In this document: in pieces, positions 37,745 to 47,706 of the stretch
Layout of the letters: each line of letters starts with the position of its first letter
Numbering within the stretch: the stretch's first letter is position 1
Assembly: GCA_038063455.1 (NCBI GenBank)
Contig: JBBTVB010000005.1
Location: 67,482 to 131,481, forward strand
Direction: 5' to 3'
Length of the DNA: 64,000 bases
From: Patescibacteria group bacterium
Lineage (GTDB): Bacteria > Patescibacteriota > Patescibacteriia > PEXW01
The notes under the pieces: generated by a model
The model's database searches: none
Seen by the model: only the letters and a program-made list of their open reading frames with translations
What the model was told of the DNA's origin: nothing
Program-made: the position numbers and the translations under genes

Positions 37745-37927
37745 AGAAAACCAAGATTCGTTTTGAACATCTCCACGCTCGTCACTGCCCAATGACGAGC
37801 GTTTTATTTTTGTGCTTGCACAATTCAACCCCGTATACCCGACAGATGTAAATGAAGTAACTAAAAAGCATACAATGTTAGCTTACGGCTCTATGGCTCT
37901 AAGGTGTATGACTGGTATACTATCCCC

Positions 37928-38911
37928 ATGGCCAAACCTCGCATCATCTCCGGCATCCAGCCCACGGGCAAGCTCCACTTGGGCAACTACCTGGGTTCGC
38001 TCAAGAACTTTGTCGAGCTCCAAAACTCCGGCAAGTACGAGTGCTTCTTTTTTATTGCTGACCTGCACAGCCTGACGGAGAACTACGATCCCAAGCAGAA
38101 GCAGGCTGATGTGCTCGAAGTCATTGCGACATTCTTAGCGCTGGGGCTAGACCCGAAAAAGTCTACACTTTTCTTGCAGTCTGCCATCCCGGCCCACACC
38201 CAGCTGGCCTGGATTTTCAACACCCTAACCCCCATGGGTGAACTGGAACGGATGACGCAATATAAAGACAAGGCCAGCCGACAAAAGAATAATGTAAATG
38301 TCGGCTTGTTCACCTATCCCCTTTTACAGGCCGCAGACATTCTCATCTACAAACCATTTGGCGTGCCAGTGGGGCAGGATCAAATCCAACACGTAGAGCT
38401 AGCCCGGATGATTGCCCGCAAATTCAATACGAAATATGGCGAAGTATTTCCAGAGCCCAAAGAAATTTTAACCCCCGTACCAAAAGTGATGAGCTTGCTG
38501 GAACCGGAGAAAAAAATGAGTAAGTCCTTGGGCGATCAGCACGTGCTCAACCTGACGGACGAGCCAGAGGTACTCAAGAAAAAGCTGGCGCGCGCAGTCA
38601 CGGCCACCGAGGGCGGCAGTGAAAACCCGGGCGTAGAGAATCTGCTGACCATCCTGGAACAATTTGATGCGGATAAAACGAAAGCCTTCTGGCAACAGGA
38701 AGCTGATCGAACTATCCGCTATAGCGATCTGAAAGCAACCTTAACCGAAATTTTGGATGCGGCCTTTGCTGACTTCCGCAAAGAACATGCCCGGCTGCTT
38801 GCGCACCCGAAGGAATGCGAAAAAACCCTTGCGGCTGGCAATGCCGATGCAGGAAAAGTCGCTAACCAGACGTTGATCGAGGCGCTGCAAAAAACTGGCT
38901 TAGCGGAGTAA
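37928..38911 (+). CDS. trpS: tryptophan--tRNA ligase
   Basis: 327 aa from ATG 37928. GIQPTGKLHLGNYLG (HIGH-type motif) and KMSKS are present. Confidence 0.92.
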   Translation: MAKPRIISGIQPTGKLHLGNYLGSLKNFVELQNSGKYECFFFIADLHSLTENYDPKQKQADVLEVIATFLALGLDPKKSTLFLQSAIPAHTQLAWIFNTLTPMGELERMTQYKDKASRQKNNVNVGLFTYPLLQAADILIYKPFGVPVGQDQIQHVELARMIARKFNTKYGEVFPEPKEILTPVPKVMSLLEPEKKMSKSLGDQHVLNLTDEPEVLKKKLARAVTATEGGSENPGVENLLTILEQFDADKTKAFWQQEADRTIRYSDLKATLTEILDAAFADFRKEHARLLAHPKECEKTLAAGNADAGKVANQTLIEALQKTGLAE

Positions 38912-38968
38912 AACCCGGATGGTCGCTGCAAATCTGAACGGACGTTTTTGTTTTGCTAAAAAGTGTAA

Positions 38969-38996
38969 TTGACAGTATATAACCATGTGTTAAGGT
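38969..38996 (+). promoter_or_regulatory. putative purH promoter (TTGACA-N16-TAAGGT)
   Basis: The -35 and -10-like hexamers and the following GGTTGCACAAAA are repeated almost exactly upstream of purC. Confidence 0.5.
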
Positions 38997-39051
38997 TGCA
39001 CAAAAGTAAAGTAGAAATAGTTACTTCACAACCTACAGAAAGAAGGAAAGT

Positions 39052-40686
39052 ATGCAAGCAAAAGCGCTTGTATCGGTCTCTGACAAAAGCGGACTCACCA
39101 CACTGGCCGCAACGCTTCATCAATACGGTATAGAAATAATCTCAACCGGGGGCACGTATAGAGCCATTTGCGATATCGGCATACCGGCGACGAAGATTTC
39201 AGACTTTACAGGGGCGCCGGAAATTATGGATGGTCGAGTAAAAACTATCCACCCGAAAGTTGCTGCCAGCATCTTACACCGCCGGAACGTGTCCACAGAT
39301 ACGGAGGAAATGGTCAGCGCGGGATACGGCAAAAACAGTATTGACTTCGTTATTATCAACTTGTACCCATTCGAGAAAACAACTGAAAAAATCAACGTGA
39401 CGGAAGAAGAGGTCATCGAAAACATTGACATCGGCGGCCCAGGAAGTGTCCGCGCTGGTGCCAAGAACTTCGATTCAGTGTGCGTCATCGTTGACCCAGC
39501 GGATTATCATCGACTTCTTGCTGAGCTGAATGCGAACAACGGCAAGACCACGCTGGAGTTTCGGCGGAAAATGGCGGTAAAGGCGTTTGCGCATACCTGT
39601 GAGTATGACCTGGCTATTGCCCGCTACCTCAGCGGCGGTAATTTTGACGGTTTCACTGGGCGAAAAGTTGAAGACCTAAAATACGGCGAAAACCCTCAAC
39701 AAAAAGAGGGTGCCGCATTCTTCACCTTCGGCACCGATGATTCGCTGGCGATTGACCAATTTGTGCTGGTCGACGGCACTCCAAAAGGCTACGTCAACAA
39801 CACTGACCTCGACCGTGGCCTACGTATTGCCATTCGTATTGCCGCTACCCTCAAGGTAAATTTTGCAGACAAGCAACCCTGCTTCATCTGCCTCGGGGTC
39901 AAGCATGGTAATGCCTGTGGTGTCGGTGTCAGTTTCACCGACCCTCAAGAGGCATTACAACGAATGGTTCAAGGCAACCCCGTTGCCCTGTTTGGTGGTT
40001 TCGTCCTGACGAACTTCGACATTGGCGCCGAGGAAGCGGTCATCTTGCGGGAGTGCGGCATTGCTAAAGGCGGCAAACCTCGTATCTTTAATGGCATCTT
40101 TGCTCCCAGTATCTCATCGGGGGCAACAGCACTGCTCCGTCGCAAAGACGGTCGCCATCGGATAATGGTCAATCCCGCCTTGCTTCAGCTAACCATGGAT
40201 ACGGCTCGGCAGTTTCGCTGCCTGCGCGGCGGATTCCAAATCCAGCCGGTGAACCCGTTCATCCTGGACTTCGTGAATCCACATCCAGGATTGTTGGTCA
40301 CTGGTCAGCTCACTGAACAGCAGCGCATCGATGCAACGTTAGCCAAAGCAATCTGTGACAGCAGCACGTCAAACACTATTACCGTGGTCCGAGACGGCAT
40401 GCTCCTGGCAAACGGCACCTGCCGGCCATCTCGCGTCGGTGCCTTCCGCACTGCGTTGGCCGAAGCCATCAGTAATGGCTTGACGTTCGAAGGTGCGGTC
40501 CTGGCCAGTGACTCTTTCTTCCCCGAAACAGACGGTCCGCAAGAAATTATTGCTGCCGGTATCAAGGTGGTAATGACGACTTCCGGATCAAAAGCTGACG
40601 AAAGAGTATTCGAGCTCTTCTCAGAAGCCGGGGTGACAGTGATTGCTATCCCCGACAGCATCGGCCGCGGTTTCGACAGCCACTAG
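39052..40686 (+). CDS. purH: bifunctional AICAR transformylase / IMP cyclohydrolase-like protein
   Basis: 544 aa. N-terminal MGS-like domain ALVSVSDKSGL...IISTGGT...PEIMDGRVKTIHPKV, with a longer-than-usual divergent AICARFT-like C-terminal part. Confidence 0.8.
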   Translation: MQAKALVSVSDKSGLTTLAATLHQYGIEIISTGGTYRAICDIGIPATKISDFTGAPEIMDGRVKTIHPKVAASILHRRNVSTDTEEMVSAGYGKNSIDFVIINLYPFEKTTEKINVTEEEVIENIDIGGPGSVRAGAKNFDSVCVIVDPADYHRLLAELNANNGKTTLEFRRKMAVKAFAHTCEYDLAIARYLSGGNFDGFTGRKVEDLKYGENPQQKEGAAFFTFGTDDSLAIDQFVLVDGTPKGYVNNTDLDRGLRIAIRIAATLKVNFADKQPCFICLGVKHGNACGVGVSFTDPQEALQRMVQGNPVALFGGFVLTNFDIGAEEAVILRECGIAKGGKPRIFNGIFAPSISSGATALLRRKDGRHRIMVNPALLQLTMDTARQFRCLRGGFQIQPVNPFILDFVNPHPGLLVTGQLTEQQRIDATLAKAICDSSTSNTITVVRDGMLLANGTCRPSRVGAFRTALAEAISNGLTFEGAVLASDSFFPETDGPQEIIAAGIKVVMTTSGSKADERVFELFSEAGVTVIAIPDSIGRGFDSH

Positions 40687-40711
40687 TTCGCTCATGCTTT
40701 TCAAAAAAACC

Positions 40712-40747
40712 AAACGGCTCCCCTCTCAAGGAGCCGTTTCTTTATTA
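40712..40747 (+). terminator. intrinsic terminator after purH
   Basis: AAACGGCTCC / GGAGCCGTTT 10-bp stem followed by CTTTATT. Confidence 0.6.
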
Positions 40748-40758
40748 TCAATAGAAGA

Positions 40759-40787
40759 TTTGACAACACATCCGCTCATGCTAAGGT
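40759..40787 (+). promoter_or_regulatory. putative purC promoter (TTGACA-N17-TAAGGT)
   Basis: Same architecture as the purH promoter, including GGTTGCACAAAA and the downstream CAACCTA-GAAAGA. Confidence 0.5.
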
Positions 40788-40839
40788 TGCACAAAATCAA
40801 CAAAATGTTTTTTTAACAACCTAGAAAGAGGTTTAGACT

Positions 40840-41829
40840 ATGGGAACAACGCTCTCCCCAGCCCGAGAAAATTTTCCAGTACTCGAGGGCTTACCTCTGA
40901 TCAACAGAGGCAAAGTCCGTGACACGTACGCAATAGATAATGACTATTTACTCATTGTGGCCAGCGATGCGGTGTCGATCTTTGACCACGTACTCAACAC
41001 GACCATCCCGCGGAAAGGGATTGTCCTGAACTTGCTGTCACACCTCTGGTTCCAGCGACTTGCCGAATATGGCATTCCGACGCATATGGTAGCAACTGGC
41101 ACAGAAATCAATCCCCACCTACCGAAAATGCATTGGGGAAATGACGACCTGCTCGCCCGTTCGATGGTCGTCGGTAGGCTTAGGATGGTACCAGTTGAAT
41201 TTATTGCTCGTGCCTATCTCACTGGCTCAGGCCTCAAAGCCTACAATGAGACAGGGATGGTCTGCGGGCACACTCTGCCCAAGGGCATGCGGGACGGCGA
41301 CAAGTTGCCTTTTGTCCTTGATACGCCCACGACGAAAGCAGAAGTCGGCCATGACGAGCACCTTCGTGCCGATATCATCAGAGCAAAATATCCTGAAGAA
41401 ACCTACTTGCTGACGAAAACGTTCCAGCTGGTATCGAGCTATCTGTACGAGCGCGGCATCCTACTTGCGGACACCAAGCTGGAAATGGGCAGATTCGGTA
41501 GGACTGCCTACCCAATCATCGGTGACGAAGTGTTCACCCCTGATTCCAGCAGATTTTGGGAACGGTCAGCGTGGGAAGAGCTCAACGCCTCCCACTCGGG
41601 GAAAACCCCACCGCCTTTTGACAAGCAAGTCATTCGAAACTGGGGCCTCACGCTTGGCATCAACCAGCGAAAACCCGAAGTTGCTGAAGATGTCGGCTGG
41701 GTGCACGAACAAGAGGTGCCGAGTGACCTCGTCAACATTGCCACTGCAACCTACTACGATATCTTCAAACGAATCACGGGGCAAACCCCTGAACAATACG
41801 CGCAGCAGCACCTGGGCGTTACTCTCTAA
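40840..41829 (+). CDS. purC: phosphoribosylaminoimidazole-succinocarboxamide (SAICAR) synthase
   Basis: 329 aa. ...RGKVRDTYAIDNDYLLIVASDAVSIFD...LADTKLEMG... is typical of the long form of PurC. Confidence 0.85.
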   Translation: MGTTLSPARENFPVLEGLPLINRGKVRDTYAIDNDYLLIVASDAVSIFDHVLNTTIPRKGIVLNLLSHLWFQRLAEYGIPTHMVATGTEINPHLPKMHWGNDDLLARSMVVGRLRMVPVEFIARAYLTGSGLKAYNETGMVCGHTLPKGMRDGDKLPFVLDTPTTKAEVGHDEHLRADIIRAKYPEETYLLTKTFQLVSSYLYERGILLADTKLEMGRFGRTAYPIIGDEVFTPDSSRFWERSAWEELNASHSGKTPPPFDKQVIRNWGLTLGINQRKPEVAEDVGWVHEQEVPSDLVNIATATYYDIFKRITGQTPEQYAQQHLGVTL

Positions 41830-41904
41830 AAAACAGTTCGATTCTGTACAGGCAGTCGTCTCACCAGACGCTGCCTGTTTTTTTATTCAAAATTTAAAAA
41901 GGTT

Positions 41905-43407
41905 TTATTGGGTCGACGTCTCAACCTGCTGTTTGATGATGACGTAGTTTTCAAACATCCAAATAACAATATTTGATCGGCGCAAATAGCGTGAGAGATC
42001 AGGCTCCGTGCCATACACAAGCGTATACCGAAGCTGCGCATTCTCTACTGGTGGCGTACCTGCCTGGTCCAAGAGGTACCACATACTTTTTTCATACGGG
42101 AAAGGTTCAGTCGAGATACGGAAAGGCTGGCCAGCCGCATCCTGGATGATGTACGCACTGGCAGCTTGCAATTGCTGCAAGGTCAGCGCGTACTTTCCTG
42201 GCGGTTCCCCGTAGGCGCGCAAACGGCCGCCCGCAAAACTGTTCGCCGATTGCCAAAAGGCGAAACCTGCGGCCAAAACAATGAGCGGCACTACCAGGGC
42301 TCGAAAGCGGCCTTGCTGCCAGAGCCAGTCAATGCCCGCCGCCACAATAAGGAATGGGAGCGGGAAGAGCAGCGCAAAATAGTGCAGGAACACCACACTG
42401 GTAAAGGCGTGGTACACCACAAACGGAACCAGTAGCCAAGCTAACAAGATAATGTTGCCCCGTGCGGCTGGCTGCCGCCAGCCACGGATGGTGCGCCACG
42501 CTAGCACGCCAGTCCCCAGGCCCATGAGTGCCAGGGCAAGCGGTTTGAGCTGCTGCGTGAAAATTGCTTCGTTAAAAAAATGGTGGAAGGCTTTTATCGT
42601 GTGCTGCATCCGCCAGATAGTGTCGTAGTGATGCGTGCTGCTGCCGTGAATAATCTGCCACAGCCCATGGGAAACTTCAAAATTATGCTGCAGGTCATAG
42701 ATCAACTGCGGTAGCTGGAGCATGCCCACCAGGCCCAACCCAAGTATCACTTGCCACCAGCGCAAACGGATTTTAAGCACAACACAAAGGAGGAAGAGGA
42801 GTGGCGGCAGCACAAAAATGGCGGTGGCGTGCAGCTGCAGCAAAACACCCGTACATAGTCCAACCACCGCAACCCACGCAGTCGCGTGTTTCCGGCCTGG
42901 CTGCGCCAGGGCGTGGATGCCTAACAACAAGAGCAACATAAAAAATGGCGCTGGATTTGGATTCCACTGCCAGCGCCCATAGTGCGCCACCAAGTAACTC
43001 ACGCTGTACAAGAGTGCGGCAATCAAGCCGACACGGGTACTAAACAATCGCTTGCCCAACAGGTAGACCAGGAAGATGCTGGCAAAAGCAAGGATGGCGA
43101 CCGTCCATGCTCCGCCAGCTGGATTGTTCCCGGTGAGTGCGTACGCAGGCACGAGCATGTACAAAAAAGCTGGGCCGAGCTTAAAGGTCCCGTCACCAAT
43201 CGATGAGCCCGCGCCCAAAAGCTGCACGTCGCCATCGCGCGCAATACTCCGCACCAGGAACGCATCCCGGGCTTCGTCACCCGAAAAGTGCATCAGACTC
43301 CCAACCTGACTAAAGCGCAAAAAACCACCAAGCAAAAGAATGCCAAGTAAAGCAACAAAAACAGCAGGGTTTTTCCGTACCCACAATGCTGCATTGCTAC
43401 CTAGCAT
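41905..43407 (-). CDS. glycosyltransferase family 39 (ArnT/PMT-like) membrane protein
   Basis: 500 aa, polytopic, with an N-terminal ...FSGDEARDAF... loop motif. Confidence 0.7.
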   Translation of the reverse strand: MLGSNAALWVRKNPAVFVALLGILLLGGFLRFSQVGSLMHFSGDEARDAFLVRSIARDGDVQLLGAGSSIGDGTFKLGPAFLYMLVPAYALTGNNPAGGAWTVAILAFASIFLVYLLGKRLFSTRVGLIAALLYSVSYLVAHYGRWQWNPNPAPFFMLLLLLGIHALAQPGRKHATAWVAVVGLCTGVLLQLHATAIFVLPPLLFLLCVVLKIRLRWWQVILGLGLVGMLQLPQLIYDLQHNFEVSHGLWQIIHGSSTHHYDTIWRMQHTIKAFHHFFNEAIFTQQLKPLALALMGLGTGVLAWRTIRGWRQPAARGNIILLAWLLVPFVVYHAFTSVVFLHYFALLFPLPFLIVAAGIDWLWQQGRFRALVVPLIVLAAGFAFWQSANSFAGGRLRAYGEPPGKYALTLQQLQAASAYIIQDAAGQPFRISTEPFPYEKSMWYLLDQAGTPPVENAQLRYTLVYGTEPDLSRYLRRSNIVIWMFENYVIIKQQVETSTQ

Positions 43408-44750
43408 TACTCAAACGTCTTAATGAGGGCGGTCACCTCGTCCCGCCTCTGCTCCATCATTTCTTTTGATAGTGCTTCCAGATTCAGCCGCAGCAAGGGT
43501 TCGGTATTGGATGACCGCACATTCATGTGCCAGTCGGCGTACTCCACGCTGTAGCCGTCCATCTCGTACACGTTGTCGCTGGTGTACTTTGCTTTAATCG
43601 CCGCCAGTGCCGCTTGCTGGTCTTTTACCGTGAAATTAATTTCACCAGTGATGAAATACTTGGTTTCAAGTACGGCCAGTAACTCGGACATTTTTTTACC
43701 GCGGCGGGAAACCATTTCCAATACTTTCAGGCTGGGCACCATGCCCGAGTCTGCGCCATGGAAATCTTTGAAATAGTAGTGGCCGCTCACTTCCCCACCA
43801 AAGCAGGCATGCTCATCGCGCAGCCGCGTCTTGATAAAGGCATGGCCCACGCGGTTCATCAGCGGCGTGCCACCTGCGGCAATGACCAAGTCTTTCACGC
43901 ACCAACTGGCACGGCAGTCGTACACAATCGGCGAAGCCGGATACTTCAGCAACATTTCTTCAGCCAGTAAAGCAGTCATAAAATCGCCAGGAATAAATCG
44001 GCCTTTGTCGTCAATGCAGAAGAAGCGATCACCGTCACCGTCAAAGGCAAAGCCTAGGTCTGCGCCTTCAGAAACAACGCGCGCTTGGAGCTCCCGCCGG
44101 TTTTCTTCTTTGAGCGGATCGCCGCCGTGGTTTGGGAATGTGCCATCGGGTTCAAAGTACATTGGCACCACGGTCACCTGCGGAATCTTGGTCATCAGCC
44201 GCTGGATAGCCGGGCCGACCATGCCGTTGCCGGTATCGATAATAACTTTCAAAGGTTTGATGCTTGGCACATCTACCAAACTCAACACTTTTTCGGTGAA
44301 CGAATCAGCTAGGTCAACTTGCCTAATCGTGCCCACACGGTCAGCTTTGGGAAACTCCCCTTTCATGGCCAAATCCCGTACCTCGGGAATCCCATCCGAA
44401 CCGCTTAAAAGGAACGGCATCTCGCGCACCATTTTGAAACCATTGTACTGCGGCGGGTTGTGCGACGCTGTCACCATCATGCCCGGCAACTTGAGCGTGG
44501 CGCAGGCGTGGTAGTACTGGTCTGTGCCGACCATGCCAATATCCACCACGTCGCAACCCTGCTCGGTAATCCCCTTTACCACAGCCTGCCACAAGCTCGG
44601 CCCGGACACACGCATGTCCCGCCCCACGGCAATTTCCTTGGCACCTAAATAGGTGACGAACGCCCGCCCGACCTGCTCGGCAACTTTCTCGTTAATCTGG
44701 TCAGGATACGTGCCGCGAATGTCGTAGGCTTTGAAAATTTTTGGGTCCAT
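43407..44750 (-). CDS. phosphomannomutase/phosphoglucomutase
   Basis: 447 aa. FKAYDIRG, the active-site TASHNP, the Mg-binding FDGDGDR and a C-terminal sugar-phosphate loop. Confidence 0.9.
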   Translation of the reverse strand: MDPKIFKAYDIRGTYPDQINEKVAEQVGRAFVTYLGAKEIAVGRDMRVSGPSLWQAVVKGITEQGCDVVDIGMVGTDQYYHACATLKLPGMMVTASHNPPQYNGFKMVREMPFLLSGSDGIPEVRDLAMKGEFPKADRVGTIRQVDLADSFTEKVLSLVDVPSIKPLKVIIDTGNGMVGPAIQRLMTKIPQVTVVPMYFEPDGTFPNHGGDPLKEENRRELQARVVSEGADLGFAFDGDGDRFFCIDDKGRFIPGDFMTALLAEEMLLKYPASPIVYDCRASWCVKDLVIAAGGTPLMNRVGHAFIKTRLRDEHACFGGEVSGHYYFKDFHGADSGMVPSLKVLEMVSRRGKKMSELLAVLETKYFITGEINFTVKDQQAALAAIKAKYTSDNVYEMDGYSVEYADWHMNVRSSNTEPLLRLNLEALSKEMMEQRRDEVTALIKTFE

Positions 44751-44761
44751 AGATTTTACTA

Positions 44762-45874
44762 TTAATTCTTCCAGATGATCCTTCTCCTAAGATCATTAAA
44801 TATTCTAAAGTCAATTTTATGATCATGCTGTAATCTCCCAACTACTATGGCTGGACTAACATTAATCTTATTAGCAAAAGAAACAATTGTGTCCTTTTTG
44901 ACCCCACTTTTTAAGTGGTCAACTAATGATGCGTAGTCTACAGGTGGAATCAAAGTGTTTTTTGCGAAATTATCAGCTTCAACTTCATAATCTGGATGCA
45001 GACTAGGACCAGTACCCAACTCAATTTGCATTTCGCTTTTTGGATGTTGAAGAATATGACCAATTTCATGAAACAACGAAAACCAAAATACATCTTCCCA
45101 TTTGTATCTAATAGACAACTGGAGTAGCGCCTTACTAGGAGTTAACCAACGAGTAATACCATTTATAGGCGCCTTAGAAATTTCTCTTGTTAAAACAAAG
45201 GCTATACCACAATCACTTAATATTAATCTTAAGGCCTTTAGTGCCTTTGGTAAGTCATTTTGGGTCGTCAATGCCCTAATATCATTCAAAGAGTCAATCA
45301 ATTTGACCTTTGAAAATTCTTGCGTCTGAATTTTCTGCCCATCAATTACTCCTTTACGTGCCCAAGCATTGATTGCAGGAATGGAATAGTTGTTTACTTT
45401 TGCAATTCTATAGAGCCCTTTTGGTAAAGCTTCTAATAAGGAAACACTGGTTAAAGAAGTAGCACCAAAATATTGCTGTAAAAAACTAATTCTCTCTTGC
45501 ATTGAGTTTGCTGCAGGCACCCAACCTAACCTCAACATTTCTGCATAAGGGAATTGCTTTCCAGCATCAACTTCTTTAGATTTAATATTTTTTTCATCTT
45601 CCCGTATGAGTATGTCTCGATAACTTGACTCCAAAGAATTCCAAAATCTTGAAGGTACACCAAGCACAACTTCCAATTGAAGTGCTGTTTCGGGTGTTAT
45701 TGCGGCTTTTGCGTGAATAATCTCATTAATAAATTTTTTTGGTCGCTGCATTCTATTTGCCAATTCTGCTTGTGAGATTCCGCGCTCTTTGAGGACGGCA
45801 TTCAAAGTCTCACCGGGTGGAATCGGTGTGGAGGGCTTAAATAAAACAAATTTTGCTGACGATGACATTCGCAT
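44762..45874 (-). CDS. HigA-like HTH antitoxin fused to ImmA/IrrE-type zinc metallopeptidase domain
   Basis: 370 aa. N-terminal GETLNAVLKERGISQAELANRMQRPKKFINEIIHAKAAITPETALQLEVVLG. C-terminal HEXXH motif (LFHEIGHIL). Low-GC islet. Confidence 0.7.
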   Translation of the reverse strand: MRMSSSAKFVLFKPSTPIPPGETLNAVLKERGISQAELANRMQRPKKFINEIIHAKAAITPETALQLEVVLGVPSRFWNSLESSYRDILIREDEKNIKSKEVDAGKQFPYAEMLRLGWVPAANSMQERISFLQQYFGATSLTSVSLLEALPKGLYRIAKVNNYSIPAINAWARKGVIDGQKIQTQEFSKVKLIDSLNDIRALTTQNDLPKALKALRLILSDCGIAFVLTREISKAPINGITRWLTPSKALLQLSIRYKWEDVFWFSLFHEIGHILQHPKSEMQIELGTGPSLHPDYEVEADNFAKNTLIPPVDYASLVDHLKSGVKKDTIVSFANKINVSPAIVVGRLQHDHKIDFRIFNDLRRRIIWKN

Positions 45875-45878
45875 ATTA

Positions 45879-46205
45879 TTACTTATAATGCTCGCTTACT
45901 ACCACTTCTACGGCAACTATTTTAGACCATACGAGTGAATTGTTTTCAACCCATTCATGTGGTTCTCCCCGTGGTGTAACAAGTAGCCGCATTTTCCCTT
46001 TCAACCTTGATGAAATTTGATGTTTCCTCTGATATCTCAATTGCTCCCAATGGCCATCAACGTTTTTAAGGTCTTCCATGCTCTCTGCGTCATGAAGCTG
46101 TTGCAAGCGACGTCGTATCACGTTAGCAGTTTCGGGACCATAAACACGCTCTAGCTTGCTTGTAGCTTCTAACTTTGCCAGATGTGAATCCAGAAAAACT
46201 TGCAT
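45879..46205 (-). CDS. HigB-like (plasmid killer / RelE-superfamily) toxin
   Basis: 108 aa, directly upstream of the HigA-like gene. ...LQQLHDAESMEDLKNVDGHWEQL...RLLV... fits the HigB pattern. Confidence 0.55.
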   Translation of the reverse strand: MQVFLDSHLAKLEATSKLERVYGPETANVIRRRLQQLHDAESMEDLKNVDGHWEQLRYQRKHQISSRLKGKMRLLVTPRGEPHEWVENNSLVWSKIVAVEVVVSEHYK

Positions 46206-46341
46206 TTATTAGAGAAAAATGATGGATATTGCGCATGTGGTGTTAACCCAAAAGGTTAATACTGATACATTACCTGACACTGCATATCCTGTCAACACAT
46301 TTACGCTTCCCAACAATCTAGCCTCACGCTACACTCCCCTC

Positions 46342-47622
46342 ATGCCAATTCTCCACACCCAAGACCCGGAAATAGACAAGCTCATCCACGCCGAGCTGGA
46401 ACGCCAGCAGGACGGTTTGGAAATGATCCCGTCCGAAAACTTCACGAGCCAGGCCGTGATGGAGGCCATGGGCTCGGTGCTGACCAACAAGTACAGCGAG
46501 GGCTACCCGGGCGCCCGCTACTACGGCGGCAACCAGTACGTGGACCAGGTGGAAAACCTGGCGCGCGACCGCGCCAAGCAGCTCTTTGGTGTGGCCCACG
46601 CCAATGTCCAGCCGTACTCCGGCTCGCCGGCCAACTTAGCTATCTACTTTGCATTACTCGACCCAGGCGACACCGTGCTGGGCATGGACCTGGCCCAAGG
46701 CGGCCACCTGACGCATGGCTACAAGTTCAATTTCTCGGGTAAATTCTTCCACGCCGAGAATTACGGCGTTGACGAAAAAACCCATCGACTGGATTACGAT
46801 GCTATTCGGGAAAAAGCTAAGGCCGTAAAGCCGAAAATGCTTATCTGCGGAGCAACAGCGTACCCGCGGCTTATTGATTTTCAAAAGTTCCGCGAAATTG
46901 CCGATGAAGTGGGCGCCTACCTGGTAGCCGACATTTCCCACATCAGCGGCTTGGTCATTGCCGGTGAACACCCATCCCCCATCCCCTACGCCGACGTGGT
47001 TATGACCACTACGCACAAAACCCTGCGCGGCCCGCGCGGGGCAATGATCCTGGTGCCAAAGTTGGAGGACCGTTACCACGACCAGTACCACCCCAAAACC
47101 AAGCGCGACCTGGCGGGGCTTGTTGACGCGGCAATTATGCCGGGCTTGCAAGGCGGGCCACACAACCACCAGACCGCAGCGATTGCCGTGGCCCTGCAAG
47201 AGGCCATGACTCCCGAATTTAAAACCTATGGCAAGCAGATTGTGGTGAATGCCAAGAAGCTGGCAGAAACCTTTACCGCGGAAGGCATTACCCTTATTAC
47301 CGGCGGCACGGACAACCACCTGCTGCTCATGGATGTGTCCCCCCTGGGCCTGACCGGCAAGCAAGCTGAAACCCTGCTTGATAGCGTGGGTATTACCGTC
47401 AACAAAAACCTGGTGCCCTACGACCAGCGCAAACCCATGGACCCGTCGGGCATCCGGCTGGGTACGCCAGCGCTCACCACCCGCGGCTTTACCGAGGATG
47501 ATATGGTGGCAGTGGGCAAAACCATTGCCGCCGTGCTGAAGGCCCCGGATAATGAAACCGTGCTGGCTGCCGCCCGCATGGCCGTGGAGAAGTTGACTGA
47601 TGCTCACCCGTTGTATCAATAG
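46342..47622 (+). CDS. glyA: serine hydroxymethyltransferase
   Basis: 426 aa from ATG 46342. ...LEMIPSENFTS..., ...YSEGYPGARYYGG... and the PLP-Lys motif TTTHKTLRGPRG. Confidence 0.93.
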   Translation: MPILHTQDPEIDKLIHAELERQQDGLEMIPSENFTSQAVMEAMGSVLTNKYSEGYPGARYYGGNQYVDQVENLARDRAKQLFGVAHANVQPYSGSPANLAIYFALLDPGDTVLGMDLAQGGHLTHGYKFNFSGKFFHAENYGVDEKTHRLDYDAIREKAKAVKPKMLICGATAYPRLIDFQKFREIADEVGAYLVADISHISGLVIAGEHPSPIPYADVVMTTTHKTLRGPRGAMILVPKLEDRYHDQYHPKTKRDLAGLVDAAIMPGLQGGPHNHQTAAIAVALQEAMTPEFKTYGKQIVVNAKKLAETFTAEGITLITGGTDNHLLLMDVSPLGLTGKQAETLLDSVGITVNKNLVPYDQRKPMDPSGIRLGTPALTTRGFTEDDMVAVGKTIAAVLKAPDNETVLAAARMAVEKLTDAHPLYQ

Positions 47623-47706
47623 AACCCTAGCGCGGGCCTCTGTGCCCGCGCAGGCAGGGACGCCTGCGCTAGGTTTAATTGTAATAAATATTTGTAATTC
47701 GTAACC

